Part shown: in pieces, positions 45,832-55,958 of the stretch
How the letters are laid out: each line of letters begins with the position of its first letter
Position numbering within the stretch: position 1 is the stretch's first letter
Sequence record: NZ_LR134454.1
Source: a plasmid
DNA: 64,000 nucleotides
Direction: 5' to 3' (one strand)
The notes under the pieces: model-generated
What the model saw: only the letters and a program-made list of their open reading frames with translations
The model's database searches: none
Told to the model about the DNA's origin: nothing
Translations under genes and position numbers: made by a program

Positions 45832-47910
45832 GTGTTCGTGGCGTCGGAACCCGGTGAATCGATCGCGGGGTACGTGATCGAGTCGGTCCTCGGTACCGGA
45901 GGCATGGGCACGGTGTACCGCGTGCGGCACCGCACGCTGCCGCGGTCCGTCGCGCTCAAGGTACTGCAGAGCCAGCTCTCCGCCGATCCGTCGGTGCGCG
46001 CGCGGTTCGACCGCGAGGCCGACCTGATCGCCGGGCTCAAGCACCCGCACATCGTCGACGTCTACGACCGCGGCGAGTCCGACGGGCACCTCTGGATCGC
46101 GATGGAGCTGGTGGAGGGCGGCAACCTCGCCGAGAGCGTGCAGCGGGAGGGGCCGTTCAGCCTGGACCGCACCGTCGGCGTCGTCGAGCAGGTCGCCGAC
46201 GCCCTCGACTACGCCCACCAGCACGGCATCCTCCACCGCGACGTCAAGCCCGCCAACTTCCTCGTCGACCGCGGCCGCCGCGGCGAACAGGTCAAGCTCG
46301 CCGACTTCGGGATCGGCGCCGCCCAGACCGACGTCGGGCAGAACACGCAGGCGGGCACCGTCGTCGGCACGCTCGCCTACACCGCGCCCGAGGCGCTGCT
46401 CGGGCACCCCGTCGACCACCGCGCCGACGTGTACTCGCTCGCCTGCGCCACCGTGGTGCTGCTGACCGGAGCGCCGCCGTTCGCCACCACAATCTCGGGC
46501 CAGCTCATGCTGGCGCACATCAGCCAGAACCCGCCCAGCATCCGGCTCAAGCGGCCCGACCTGTCGCCGGAGATCGACCACGTCCTCGCCCGGGCGATGG
46601 CGAAGAACCCCGCGGACCGGTTCAACAGTGCGGGCGAGTTCGCCGATGCGCTGGCCGCGGCCGCGCGCCGCATGTCGGGCGCCGCGGGTATCGCGCCGCC
46701 CACGGCGCCGCAGGGCGTCAATTGGCAGGGGACGCCGTCGAATCCGGCGCTCGCCACCGGATACAACCAGCCCCTGCCCGGGCAGCAGAGCCTGCCGCCC
46801 GGCGCGCCGACGGGGCTGCTCGGCCCCGTCGGGCAGATGGGCCCGCCGCGCGGCCCCGGAGGACCGGCCGGTCCGGGTGGCCCGATGGGGCCGAGCTCGC
46901 CGTCGATGCCGGTGCAGGGCGGGCCGGCGTCGTCGAACCGGAAGAAGCTGCTGATCGGCGGAGCCGCCGCGCTCGTCGTGATCCTGGCGGCGGTCCTGGG
47001 CATCGTCGTCTTCGGCGGCGGTGGCGATGACGACGGCCCTCCCGCGCTCGACGCGTGGAGCGCCCGCACCGTCACGGACGTCAACGGCACCACGGAGCTC
47101 ACCGACCGGCCGCAGCGCATCGTCGCCCTCGGCGCGGGTGACGCCGAGCTCGTCGCCGCGCTCGGCTTCGAGGTGGTCGCCGGCGCGAACGGCCCGAAAT
47201 CCGAACTGCCGTCGTGGGTGCCCGCGCTGTCGGGGGTGACCAGCGCCGGCACGTCGACCAACCCGGACACGTCCGTGATCCAGAAGGCCAAGCCCGACCT
47301 GATCCTCGACACCGACCCGGACGCGGCCGACAAGGTCAAGGAACTCAAGTCGCTCGCGGGCGGCCGCGCGATCGCGGTCTCCGAGGAGGGGAAATCCGGC
47401 TGGACGTGGCAGCAGCAGCTCGCCTTCATCGCGGAGGCGCTCGGCGCGAAGGACCGCGCCGCGGCCGTGACGAAGACCTACGAGGGCCGCATCACCGCCC
47501 TGCGATCCGCGCACCCCGAGTTCTCGGGCAAGAAGATCGATGTCGTCCACTACGACGGCACGTCGACGAAACTCGCCTCGCGCTCGTCGAACGCGCTCCA
47601 ACTGCTGGGACTGCTGGGCTTCTCGACGCAGACCCCCGTCGACGGCAGCGGTTCCTGGCTGAACCTGGCGTCCGGCGACATCTACAAGGCGGTCAACTCG
47701 AGCGAGGTGGACCGGACGGTCGTCGCGCGCACCGACCCGGCGGGCGGCAACGGCGGCTTCGACGGCGTCCCGTCGTCGTTGACCTACGGCGTGCCGATCA
47801 TCATCCTGGACAAGACGAACGGCGTGGACGCGCTCCTCTACGGCGGGCCGCTCGCCATCGACACGATCGAGCAGTCGGTGGTGCCCGCCCTGACGAAGGG
47901 AGTCAAGTGA
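45832..47910 (+). CDS. Ser/Thr protein kinase with an extracellular ABC-type periplasmic-binding-protein (siderophore/B12 cluster-A-like) domain
   Basis: Hanks kinase motifs (GGMGTVYRV…HRDVKPANFLV…DFGIG) and a TM helix. The ectodomain …PQRIVALGAGDAELVAALGFEVVAG… is Peripla_BP_2-like. Confidence 0.85.
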   Translation: MFVASEPGESIAGYVIESVLGTGGMGTVYRVRHRTLPRSVALKVLQSQLSADPSVRARFDREADLIAGLKHPHIVDVYDRGESDGHLWIAMELVEGGNLAESVQREGPFSLDRTVGVVEQVADALDYAHQHGILHRDVKPANFLVDRGRRGEQVKLADFGIGAAQTDVGQNTQAGTVVGTLAYTAPEALLGHPVDHRADVYSLACATVVLLTGAPPFATTISGQLMLAHISQNPPSIRLKRPDLSPEIDHVLARAMAKNPADRFNSAGEFADALAAAARRMSGAAGIAPPTAPQGVNWQGTPSNPALATGYNQPLPGQQSLPPGAPTGLLGPVGQMGPPRGPGGPAGPGGPMGPSSPSMPVQGGPASSNRKKLLIGGAAALVVILAAVLGIVVFGGGGDDDGPPALDAWSARTVTDVNGTTELTDRPQRIVALGAGDAELVAALGFEVVAGANGPKSELPSWVPALSGVTSAGTSTNPDTSVIQKAKPDLILDTDPDAADKVKELKSLAGGRAIAVSEEGKSGWTWQQQLAFIAEALGAKDRAAAVTKTYEGRITALRSAHPEFSGKKIDVVHYDGTSTKLASRSSNALQLLGLLGFSTQTPVDGSGSWLNLASGDIYKAVNSSEVDRTVVARTDPAGGNGGFDGVPSSLTYGVPIIILDKTNGVDALLYGGPLAIDTIEQSVVPALTKGVK

Positions 47911-48548
47911 TGGCCGAGCAGACCCTGACCGCGGAGGACCTCGCGCGCTACGCCGCGGCGCTCGCCGAGGGCAAGAAGCCGCTGGTCTACCTCGTCGAGG
48001 GCGTCCCGAGCCTGGGGCTGGACGCCGGGGCGTCCGCCCGGGTCGTCGAGGTCGACGGTGCCGTCGTCACCGTCAAGCCGACGGGTGTCGACGACCAGTT
48101 GCCCTACGACGCACGGGAACTGCGCGCCACCAAGCAGCCGAAGCCGGTGAAGCGGGCGCCGAAGCAGGCGGCCGCGAAGCCCGCGCCCAAGCCCGCCGCG
48201 AACACCGCACCGGCGGCGAAGGCGGCGGCCGGGGCGCCGGCCCGCGCGGCCCGGTCCGTCGCGATCACGGTGTACGTGGGCGCCGACAACACCGCTTCGC
48301 TCAAGGTGACGCGAAACGCCCAGAAACCCGCGGGTGCGCAGGAGATCCCGTTGCCCGCCCTGCACAAGGCGCTGGCCGGGCTCGGCGACAAGGAGGCGCA
48401 GGGCGCCGTCGACGAGGTGCTTTCCGCGGCCCGCGACGCCGCCGCCGACCGCGTCGCGGCGCTGCAGGCCGAGCTCGCCGCAGCGAAGAAGTCGCTCGCG
48501 ACGCTCGACCGCGCGAAGCGGGGGAGCGGCTCGGCCCGCGCCCGTTAG
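47910..48548 (+). CDS. Hypothetical protein with a basic AKP/PKP-rich linker, start-overlapping the kinase stop
   Basis: MAEQTLTAEDLARYAAALAEGKK…KQPKPVKRAPKQAAAKPAPKPAANTAPAAKAAAG… The ATG overlaps the kinase stop. Confidence 0.5.
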   Translation: MAEQTLTAEDLARYAAALAEGKKPLVYLVEGVPSLGLDAGASARVVEVDGAVVTVKPTGVDDQLPYDARELRATKQPKPVKRAPKQAAAKPAPKPAANTAPAAKAAAGAPARAARSVAITVYVGADNTASLKVTRNAQKPAGAQEIPLPALHKALAGLGDKEAQGAVDEVLSAARDAAADRVAALQAELAAAKKSLATLDRAKRGSGSARAR

Positions 48549-48570
48549 CCCGGCTCGCTAGGGTCGAAGC

Positions 48571-49227
48571 ATGGCACTCGACTTCCCGCACCTGGACCTG
48601 TCCGCCGACGAGGTACTGACCTCCACCCGGTCGGTGCGCAAGCGCCTCGACCTCGAGAAGCCCGTGCCGCTCGAGGTGATCACCGACGCGCTCGAGGTGG
48701 CGCTGCAGGCACCGTCGGGCAGCAACGCGCAGGGCTGGCACTGGATCGTGCTCACCGATCCCGAGCCCAAGAAGATCGTCGCCGAGTACTACCGCAAGTC
48801 CTACTTCGCCTACGCCGAGGCGGGCGCCGCCGCGCGCGCCGCGAAGCCGCCGAAGGATCTCGAGACCGCCGAGAAGGTGGCCTCCAGCGCCACCTACCTC
48901 GCCGAGGTCATGGAGCAGGTCCCCGCGCTCGTCATCGGCGCGATCCACGTGCCCGGCGGCGAACTGCCGCAGGGCAACCAGGCCGGGCTGTGGGGCTCGC
49001 TGCTCCCCGCGGCGTGGAGCCTCGCACTCGCGCTGCGCGAGCGCGGCCTCGGGTCCGCGTGGACGACGCTGCACCTCGAGTACGAGCGCGAGGTCGCGGA
49101 GGCGCTGGGCATCCCCGCCACCGTCCGGCAGGGCGTGCTGCTGCCCGTCGCCTACACCAAGGGCACCGACTTCAAGCCCGCCAAGCGCGCCCCGCTGGAG
49201 ACGGTCCTGCACGTCAACGGCTGGTAG
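48571..49227 (+). CDS. Nitroreductase family protein
   Basis: …RSVRKRLDLEKPVPLEVITDALEVALQAPSGSNAQGWHWIVL…. Confidence 0.8.
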   Translation: MALDFPHLDLSADEVLTSTRSVRKRLDLEKPVPLEVITDALEVALQAPSGSNAQGWHWIVLTDPEPKKIVAEYYRKSYFAYAEAGAAARAAKPPKDLETAEKVASSATYLAEVMEQVPALVIGAIHVPGGELPQGNQAGLWGSLLPAAWSLALALRERGLGSAWTTLHLEYEREVAEALGIPATVRQGVLLPVAYTKGTDFKPAKRAPLETVLHVNGW

Positions 49228-49235
49228 CCCGACGG

Positions 49236-49252
49236 TCCGCCGCTCGGACCTT
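49236..49252. terminator. Short hairpin GGTCCG-ccgct-CGGACC between convergent genes
   Basis: 6-bp perfect stem read from the sequence. A second hairpin, GTGTCG-tcgc-CGACAC, lies at about 49281-49298. Confidence 0.25.
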
Positions 49253-49314
49253 CGGTGGATTCCTGCGGCCGGCCGTCGGCGTGTCGTCGCCGACACGCAC
49301 CGAAGATCGGAGGG

Positions 49315-50511
49315 TCAGAGGCCGAGGGCGGCGTCGACGAGGTGGACGAGCTCGTCGTGGAAGCGCGGGCGGCCGCGGAGGCGGCGGGTGCGGGCGAAGT
49401 CGTTGGCGATGGTCATCGCGGCGCCGACGGCGATGCGGGCGCCGGCGGCGTCGAGGGCACCGTCGGACCCGGCGGAGAGCAGGGCCACCCAGCGCGCCAC
49501 GTAGGCCTTCTGCGCGGCGAGCAGCGCCTCGCCGCCGGATTCGATGACCACCTCGCGGCCGACCGTGAAGGCGACGGCGAGGTCGGTCGACGTGACCAGG
49601 TTGGCGGCGTAGGAGCGCACCAGCGCGCGCAACTCGGCGAGGGGGTCGCCGTCGGACACCCCGGCCGCGCCGACGACGCCGATCTCCAGCGCCGCGCGCG
49701 CCCGGGCGACGATGCCCACCAGGATCGACCCCTTCGACGGGAAGTGCCCGTACACGCTGGGGCCCGAGATGCCCACGGCCGCACCGATGTCGTCCATGCT
49801 GACGGTGCTGTAGCCGCGCGAGAAGAAGAGCTCCGAGGCGGCGTCGAGGATCTCGTCGCTGCGCACGACGGGCGCCCGACGGGGCGGGGGTGCGGGCAGC
49901 TCCGGCGCGGTCGACGGTGCCGCGCGCAGCACCCGCCGGGCGATCACCTCGAGGTCGGCGCGGTAGCGGCGGATGCCGATGCGGCCGCGGCTGGGCGGCA
50001 CCGAGCCGCCGACGGCGAGCACCGCCCACGTGAGGACGCGGGCGTCGTCGTCGGTGAGCTCGGGGTGATCGCGGCGCAGCACCTCGGTCCACGAGCCGAG
50101 GACCCCCTCGCTGGCGGCGATCATCTCGCGCGCCTGCTCGGCCGTCAGGTGCCGGCGGTTCCACCGCCACAGGGCCAGCGGGCCGGGGCGGGAGACGGCC
50201 ATCGCGAAGACGGCGGACGAGAGGTCCTCGAAGGTGGCGCCGGGGCGGGCGAGCACCCGCGCGGTCGTCTCGGCCATCTCGTCGACAGCGGAGCGCATGG
50301 CAGCGGCGAGGATGGCCTCCTTGTCCGGGAAGTGCCGGTACACGCTGGGGCCACTGATACCGGCGGCGCGCGCGATGTCGGCGACGGAGACCTTGCCGTA
50401 GCCCTGCTCCAGGAACAGCTCGGTGGCGGCGTCGACCAGTTGTCGGCGCCGCTCGGCGGGGCGCAGGCGTGTGCCCGCGGTACGTGGTGCTGTTGCCATG
50501 ATTAACGTCAC
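49315..50511 (-). CDS. TetR-family regulator with two tandem TetR modules
   Basis: Two HTH regions (…[25 protein letters not shown]… and …[25 protein letters not shown]…). Confidence 0.8.
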   Translation of the reverse strand: MTLIMATAPRTAGTRLRPAERRRQLVDAATELFLEQGYGKVSVADIARAAGISGPSVYRHFPDKEAILAAAMRSAVDEMAETTARVLARPGATFEDLSSAVFAMAVSRPGPLALWRWNRRHLTAEQAREMIAASEGVLGSWTEVLRRDHPELTDDDARVLTWAVLAVGGSVPPSRGRIGIRRYRADLEVIARRVLRAAPSTAPELPAPPPRRAPVVRSDEILDAASELFFSRGYSTVSMDDIGAAVGISGPSVYGHFPSKGSILVGIVARARAALEIGVVGAAGVSDGDPLAELRALVRSYAANLVTSTDLAVAFTVGREVVIESGGEALLAAQKAYVARWVALLSAGSDGALDAAGARIAVGAAMTIANDFARTRRLRGRPRFHDELVHLVDAALGL

Positions 50512-50656
50512 AATAGCCCATCACGGGCGTTTTGAACCAGGATCTACCTGGCGGTCTTTCCAAATAAGCTACACGCGGTTAGCCTGTAGAGGTGACGGGC
50601 TCCGTGGTATCCGCGGGGACCGGGAACACCTTCTTCGAAAGGACGGGAAGACCGAA

Positions 50657-51868
50657 GTGTCTGACGCATTCATCTACGAGGCGATCCGCACGCCCCGTGG
50701 CAAGCTCAAGGGCGGCTCGCTGACCGCCATCAAGCCCACCGACCTCGTGGTCGGTCTGATCGACGAGATCAAGGACCGCAACCCGGAGCTCGATCCCGCG
50801 TCCGTCGACGACATCGTGCTCGGCGTCGTCTCGCCCGTGGGCGAGCAGGGCGCCGACATCGCCCGCACCGCTTCGATCGTGGCCGGCCTGCCGGACACCG
50901 TCGCGGGCGTGCAGATCAACCGCTTCTGCGCCTCGGGCCTCGAGGCCACCAACATCGCCGCGCAGAAGGTCGGCTCGGCCCTGGGCGACGACCTGGTCCT
51001 CGCCGGTGGCGTGGAGTCGATGTCCCGCGTGCCGATGGGCTCCGACTTCGGCGCCCTGTTCTACGACCCGCAGTACAGCTACGACAACTACATCGCGCCC
51101 CAGGGCATCGGTGCCGACCTGATCGCGACGATCGAGGGCTTCTCCCGCGACGACGTCGACCAGTACTCCGCCGAGTCGCAGGACCTCGCCGCGAAGGCGT
51201 GGGACGAGGGCCGCTTCGCGAAGTCCGTCGTGCCCGTCAAGGACCAGAACGGCCTCGTCGTGCTCGACAACGACGAGCACCGTCGCCCCGGCACCACCGC
51301 CGCGGACCTCGGCAAGCTGCGTCCCGCGTTCACCGTGGTCGGCGAGATGGGCGGCTTCGACGCCGTCGCGCTGCAGCGCTACAACACCGTCGAGAAGATC
51401 GACCACGTCCACACCGGTGGCAACAGCTCGGGCATCGTCGACGGTGCCGCGCTGGTCCTGGTGGGCAACGAGGCCGGCGGCAAGAAGGCCGGCCTGACCC
51501 CGCGCGGCCGCATCGTCGCCACCGCGTCGACCGGCGCCGACCCGACGATCATGCTGACCGGCCCCACGCCGGCCACCGAGAAGGTGCTCGCCAAGGCCGG
51601 CCTGACCAAGGACGACATCGACGTCTGGGAGCTCAACGAGGCCTTCGCCTCCGTGGTCCTCAAGTGGATGAAGGACTTCAAGCTCGATCGCGAGCAGGTC
51701 AACGTCAACGGCGGCGCCATCGCGCTGGGCCACCCCCTCGGCGCCACCGGCGCCATGCTGGTGGGCACCGTGCTCGACGAGCTGGAGCGCACGGGCGGCC
51801 GCTACGGCCTCATCACGCTGTGCATCGCCGGCGGCATGGGCTCGGCCACCATCATCGAGCGCGTCTGA
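50657..51868 (+). CDS. fadA: Acetyl-CoA C-acyltransferase (3-ketoacyl-CoA thiolase)
   Basis: [22 protein letters not shown]…; thiolase active-site region [13 protein letters not shown] start. Confidence 0.9.
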   Translation: MSDAFIYEAIRTPRGKLKGGSLTAIKPTDLVVGLIDEIKDRNPELDPASVDDIVLGVVSPVGEQGADIARTASIVAGLPDTVAGVQINRFCASGLEATNIAAQKVGSALGDDLVLAGGVESMSRVPMGSDFGALFYDPQYSYDNYIAPQGIGADLIATIEGFSRDDVDQYSAESQDLAAKAWDEGRFAKSVVPVKDQNGLVVLDNDEHRRPGTTAADLGKLRPAFTVVGEMGGFDAVALQRYNTVEKIDHVHTGGNSSGIVDGAALVLVGNEAGGKKAGLTPRGRIVATASTGADPTIMLTGPTPATEKVLAKAGLTKDDIDVWELNEAFASVVLKWMKDFKLDREQVNVNGGAIALGHPLGATGAMLVGTVLDELERTGGRYGLITLCIAGGMGSATIIERV

Positions 51869-51898
51869 CCCGCCGGAACAACAGGAGACTGAAGAAAC

Positions 51899-54091
51899 AT
51901 GTCTGACAACATGATCCGCTGGGAGCAGGACGCCGACGGCATCGTCACGCTGACGATGGACGACCCGACCAGCTCCGCGAACACCATGAACGAGCTGTAC
52001 GGCACGTCCATGCGCGCCACCGTCGACCGCCTCGAGGCCGAGGTCGAGTCCATCACCGGTGTCGTCATCACCTCCGCGAAGAAGACCTTCTTCGCCGGCG
52101 GCAACCTGACCGAGATCCGCAAGGCCACCAAGGCCGACGCGCAGCAGGTCTTCGACAACGTCCAGGAGATCAAGCGCGACCTGCGCCGCCTGGAGAAGCT
52201 GCCCAAGCCCGTCGTGGCCGCCATCAACGGCGCCGCGCTCGGCGGCGGCCTCGAGATCGCCCTCGCCGCGAACCACCGCATCGCCGCGGACGCCAAGGGC
52301 AGCAAGATCGGCCTCCCCGAGGTCAGCCTCGGCCTGCTCCCCGGCGGAGGCGGCGTCACCCGCACCGTCCGGATGCTCGGCCTGCAGGGCGCGCTCATGG
52401 GCGTGCTGCTCCAGGGCACCCAGATGAACCCGATCAAGGCGCAGCAGACCGGCCTGGTCAACGAGGTCGTCGGCACCGTCGACGAGCTGCTCCCCGCCGC
52501 GAAGGCGTGGATCAAGGCCAACCCCGAGGGCGGCGTGCAGCCCTGGGACGTCAAGGGGCACCGCATCCCCGGCGGCTCGCCGATCGACAAGACGCTGGCC
52601 CCCAACGCCCCCGCCTTCCCGGCCAACCTGCGCAAGCAGCTCAAGGGCGCGCCGATGCCGGCGCCGGAGGCCATCATGGCCGCCGCGTTCGAGGGCACCT
52701 ACGTCGACTTCGACACCGCCCTCGAGATCGAGTCGCGCTACTTCACCAAGCTGGCCACCGGCCAGGTCTCGAAGAACATGATCAAGGCGTTCTTCTTCGA
52801 CCTGCAGCACATCAACGGCGGCGGCAGCCGGCCCGAGGGCTACGACAAGTACACGGCCAAGAAGGTCGGCGTCATCGGCGCCGGCATGATGGGCGCGGCG
52901 ATCGCGTACGTCTCGGCCAAGGCCGGCATCGAGGTCGTCCTCAAGGACATCGACCTCGACGCCGCCAAGCGGGGCAAGGCGTACTCCGAGCAGCTCGAGG
53001 CGAAGGCGCTGGCCAAGGGCCGCACCACGCAGGAGAAGTCCGACGCGCTGCTCGCCCGGATCACCCCCACGATCGACCCGCAGGACTTCGCGGGCGTCGA
53101 CCTGGTGATCGAGGCCGCGTTCGAGTCCGTCGAGGTCAAGAACAAGGTCTTCCAGGAGATCGAGGACATCGTCGAGCCCGACGCCATCCTGGGCTCGAAC
53201 ACCTCGACGCTGCCGATCACCATCCTCGCGGAGGGTGTGAAGCGCCAGGAGGACTTCATCGGCATCCACTTCTTCTCGCCGGTCGACAAGATGCCGCTGG
53301 TGGAGATCATCCGTGGCGCCAAGACCTCGGATGCGGTGCTGGCCAAGGTCATCGACTACACGCTGCAGATCAAGAAGACCCCGATCGTCGTCCACGACAG
53401 CCGCGGCTTCTTCACCTCGCGGGTCATCGGCACGTTCATCAACGAGGCCCTCGCGGCCATCGGTGAGGGCGTCGACCCGGTGTACCTGGAGCAGGCGGGC
53501 CAGCAGGCCGGCTACCCGGCGGCGCCGCTGCAGCTGGCGGACGAGCTGACGCTCACCCTGATGCAGAAGATCCGCCTCGCCACCGAGACCGCGCTCAAGG
53601 CCGAGGGCAAGGACGTGCCGCAGCACGGCGCCTTCGCCGTGGTCGACTGGATGGTCGAGAACGGCCGCCCGTCCAAGAAGGACGGCGCGGGCTTCTACGA
53701 CTACGCCGAGGGCAAGCGCACCGGCCTCTCGAAGGGCTTCCAGGAGCACTTCAAGTCGGGTTCGACGAAGCCGGACTTCGCCGAGCTGCAGGAGCGCATG
53801 CTCTTCATCGAGTCGATCGAGACCGTGCGCTGCTTCGACGAGGGCGTCATGGACTCCGTCGCCGACGCCAACATCGGCTCGATCTTCGGCATCGGCTTCC
53901 CCGCCTGGACCGGTGGCGTGCTGCAGTACATCAACGGCTACGAGGGCCGCCCGGGCACGCCGGCCGAGGGCATCACCGGCCCGAAGGCCTTCGTCGCGCA
54001 GGCGAACGCCCTGGCCGCGAAGTACGGCGAGCAGTTCACCCCGCCCGCCTCGCTGGTCGCCAAGGCCGAGGCCGGCGAGACCTACGAGTAG
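51899..54091 (+). CDS. fadB: Fused enoyl-CoA hydratase / 3-hydroxyacyl-CoA dehydrogenase
   Basis: N-terminal crotonase fold, then the NAD-binding GVIGAGMMGAAIA. 730 aa. Directly downstream of fadA. Confidence 0.9.
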   Translation: MSDNMIRWEQDADGIVTLTMDDPTSSANTMNELYGTSMRATVDRLEAEVESITGVVITSAKKTFFAGGNLTEIRKATKADAQQVFDNVQEIKRDLRRLEKLPKPVVAAINGAALGGGLEIALAANHRIAADAKGSKIGLPEVSLGLLPGGGGVTRTVRMLGLQGALMGVLLQGTQMNPIKAQQTGLVNEVVGTVDELLPAAKAWIKANPEGGVQPWDVKGHRIPGGSPIDKTLAPNAPAFPANLRKQLKGAPMPAPEAIMAAAFEGTYVDFDTALEIESRYFTKLATGQVSKNMIKAFFFDLQHINGGGSRPEGYDKYTAKKVGVIGAGMMGAAIAYVSAKAGIEVVLKDIDLDAAKRGKAYSEQLEAKALAKGRTTQEKSDALLARITPTIDPQDFAGVDLVIEAAFESVEVKNKVFQEIEDIVEPDAILGSNTSTLPITILAEGVKRQEDFIGIHFFSPVDKMPLVEIIRGAKTSDAVLAKVIDYTLQIKKTPIVVHDSRGFFTSRVIGTFINEALAAIGEGVDPVYLEQAGQQAGYPAAPLQLADELTLTLMQKIRLATETALKAEGKDVPQHGAFAVVDWMVENGRPSKKDGAGFYDYAEGKRTGLSKGFQEHFKSGSTKPDFAELQERMLFIESIETVRCFDEGVMDSVADANIGSIFGIGFPAWTGGVLQYINGYEGRPGTPAEGITGPKAFVAQANALAAKYGEQFTPPASLVAKAEAGETYE

Positions 54092-54118
54092 GACTCACCG
54101 CCACCCGGCGTGAACACC

Positions 54119-54159
54119 GAAAGGGCCGGCACCGTCGAGAAGACGGTGCCGGCCCTTTC
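54119..54159. terminator. Bidirectional intrinsic terminator hairpin between convergent fadB and the DUF308 gene
   Basis: GAAAGGGCCGGCACCGTC-gagaa-GACGGTGCCGGCCCTTTC: a perfect 18-bp stem with a 5-nt loop and A/T flanks. Confidence 0.7.
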
Positions 54160-54198
54160 GTCTGCCGGGAGCGAGGCCGGCTGCTCCGCGGGTCCGGA

Positions 54199-54846
54199 CT
54201 AGACCTGCGGGCGGATGCGGTTGATGGTGGAGCGGATCTGGATGCCGTGGAAGATCTCGACCAGGCCGAGCACGATCAGCACGATGCCGGTGGCCAGCAC
54301 CAGCGACGGGATCGAGTCGTACGGGTAGATGACCACGAAGGCGCCGGCGGCGATGGAGATGATCGACAGGATGATGCCCCACACCTTGCCGGGGGCGCCC
54401 TTCGGGAAGTCGGTGTACAGCGACAGGCCCGCGATGCCGCGGAAGATCCAGCCCACACCGATCCAGATGGCGAGCATCACCAGCGACTCGACCACGTTAC
54501 GGAAGGCGACGACGGCCAGCACGATCGAGACCGCACCGGTCAGGAAGGTCAGAAGGCGCCACCAGAAGCTCTGCGAGGAGAGCACGCCGAAGGTCGCGAC
54601 GATCTGCAGCACACCGGTGATGAGCAGGTAGAGCGCGAACAGGATCGCCACGACGTGCAGCGTCGGCTGCGGCCAGGCGAGCAGAACGATGCCGAGGATC
54701 GCGGCCACGGCGCCGACGCCGATCGCCGTCTGCCAGGAGCGCTTGGCGACGTCGGCGGCGAAACCGCGCACCTCGTCGAAGATCGACTGCCCGGGCCCGA
54801 GCGGGCCGCCCTGGGCATTGGGGTTGTTCGTGGGACTGGTGGACAT
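54199..54846 (-). CDS. HdeD/DUF308 family membrane protein
   Basis: Six TM helices with an …WWRLLTFLTGAVSIVLAVVAF… pattern. Confidence 0.75.
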   Translation of the reverse strand: MSTSPTNNPNAQGGPLGPGQSIFDEVRGFAADVAKRSWQTAIGVGAVAAILGIVLLAWPQPTLHVVAILFALYLLITGVLQIVATFGVLSSQSFWWRLLTFLTGAVSIVLAVVAFRNVVESLVMLAIWIGVGWIFRGIAGLSLYTDFPKGAPGKVWGIILSIISIAAGAFVVIYPYDSIPSLVLATGIVLIVLGLVEIFHGIQIRSTINRIRPQV

Positions 54847-55103
54847 GATCTCCCTCTTCTCGTGAGACGTTCCCGGCGATGAATCGAGGTGAACCCGTGT
54901 TCGTCTCTACGCCGACGACAGACAATCACACCAGACGAGGTTTTGCGATATGAACAGCGGGTGGGAATCGTCGCAATTCGAACCCGGAACCACCCCGTGC
55001 GGGCCACCCGGCGGGGGGGGGCGCAGATGCGCGCGAGCGCATTCCCCTGGCGGCGCTCACGGCGAGCCGACCACGGACCTCCCGTCCCCGGCGGACCGTC
55101 GGG

Positions 55104-55892
55104 CTACTCGGGCCCGGCCTCGATGACCTGCTCGGCGACCTCGGCGAGGCGGACGTTGCTGTCCTGCGAGAGGCGGGCGAGGAGGCGGAAGGCGGCGTCG
55201 GAGTCGAGCTTGTACCGCTCCATGATCATGCCCTTGGCCTGGCCGATCACGTCGCGCGTGGTCAGGGCGGCGCGGATCTGCTCCTTCTCCCGCACCGCGG
55301 AGAAGGCGACCGCAGCGTGCACGGCGTAGAGCGACCCGATCGAGATGGACTCGGCGTCGAAGGCGTGCGCCTCGCGCGCCATGAGGTCGAGCGTGCCGTA
55401 GGCGTCGTTCTGCACGTACAGGCAGAACGAGAGGATCGATCCGACGCCGGCGGACTTCGCGGCCGCGGCGAAGCGCGGCCAGCGGTCGTCGGTGGCGGTG
55501 TCCTCGAGCAGCAGGATCGTCGTCGACTCGAAGGTCGCGCCCACGCTGGGGCCCTCCTCCAGGTCGCGCTGCACATCGGCGACGCGCTGCGCCTCCTCGC
55601 CGATCACCACGGGGTGCGAGATGCCGCCCTTGGGATCGACGAGCGTCACGCAGGCGAAGTCCGCGCCCGGCACCTGGTCGACCGCGAACTGCGTGGCGGC
55701 CGTCAGCAGCGATTCCGAGTCCCCGGACTGCTCCCGCAGCAGCCTCGCGATCTCGCCCATCCGCTCGCTCAGGGTCAGTTCCTCGAGCGGGACCTCGGGT
55801 GATTCGTGGACGACGCCGAGGACGGAGGGGAGTTGTTCACCGGACTGTTTGCGTGAGTGCACGGCCACCCGTTCTCCGTGCCGTTTCGACAC
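55104..55892 (-). CDS. GAF plus ANTAR domain RNA-binding regulator
   Basis: C-terminal ANTAR (…QAKGMIMERYKLDSDAAFRLLARLSQDSNVRLAEVAEQVI…) and an N-terminal GAF-like region. Start uncertain. Confidence 0.7.
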   Translation of the reverse strand: MSKRHGERVAVHSRKQSGEQLPSVLGVVHESPEVPLEELTLSERMGEIARLLREQSGDSESLLTAATQFAVDQVPGADFACVTLVDPKGGISHPVVIGEEAQRVADVQRDLEEGPSVGATFESTTILLLEDTATDDRWPRFAAAAKSAGVGSILSFCLYVQNDAYGTLDLMAREAHAFDAESISIGSLYAVHAAVAFSAVREKEQIRAALTTRDVIGQAKGMIMERYKLDSDAAFRLLARLSQDSNVRLAEVAEQVIEAGPE

Positions 55893-55958
55893 GGGGTCAC
55901 ATCATGGGTATCCGCCGGTTGCTGGACGGGTCGTTCGAAAGTCGTTACTGATCGGTTC

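Noticed and set aside
54847-55103. GC-rich 250-bp region between the HdeD-like gene and the GAF-ANTAR gene, including a run of about 9 G at roughly 55010-55020, as a possible riboswitch or sRNA.
   Set aside because: No recognisable riboswitch consensus is present. It is more likely a 5'-UTR or terminator region, and there is no covariation evidence available.
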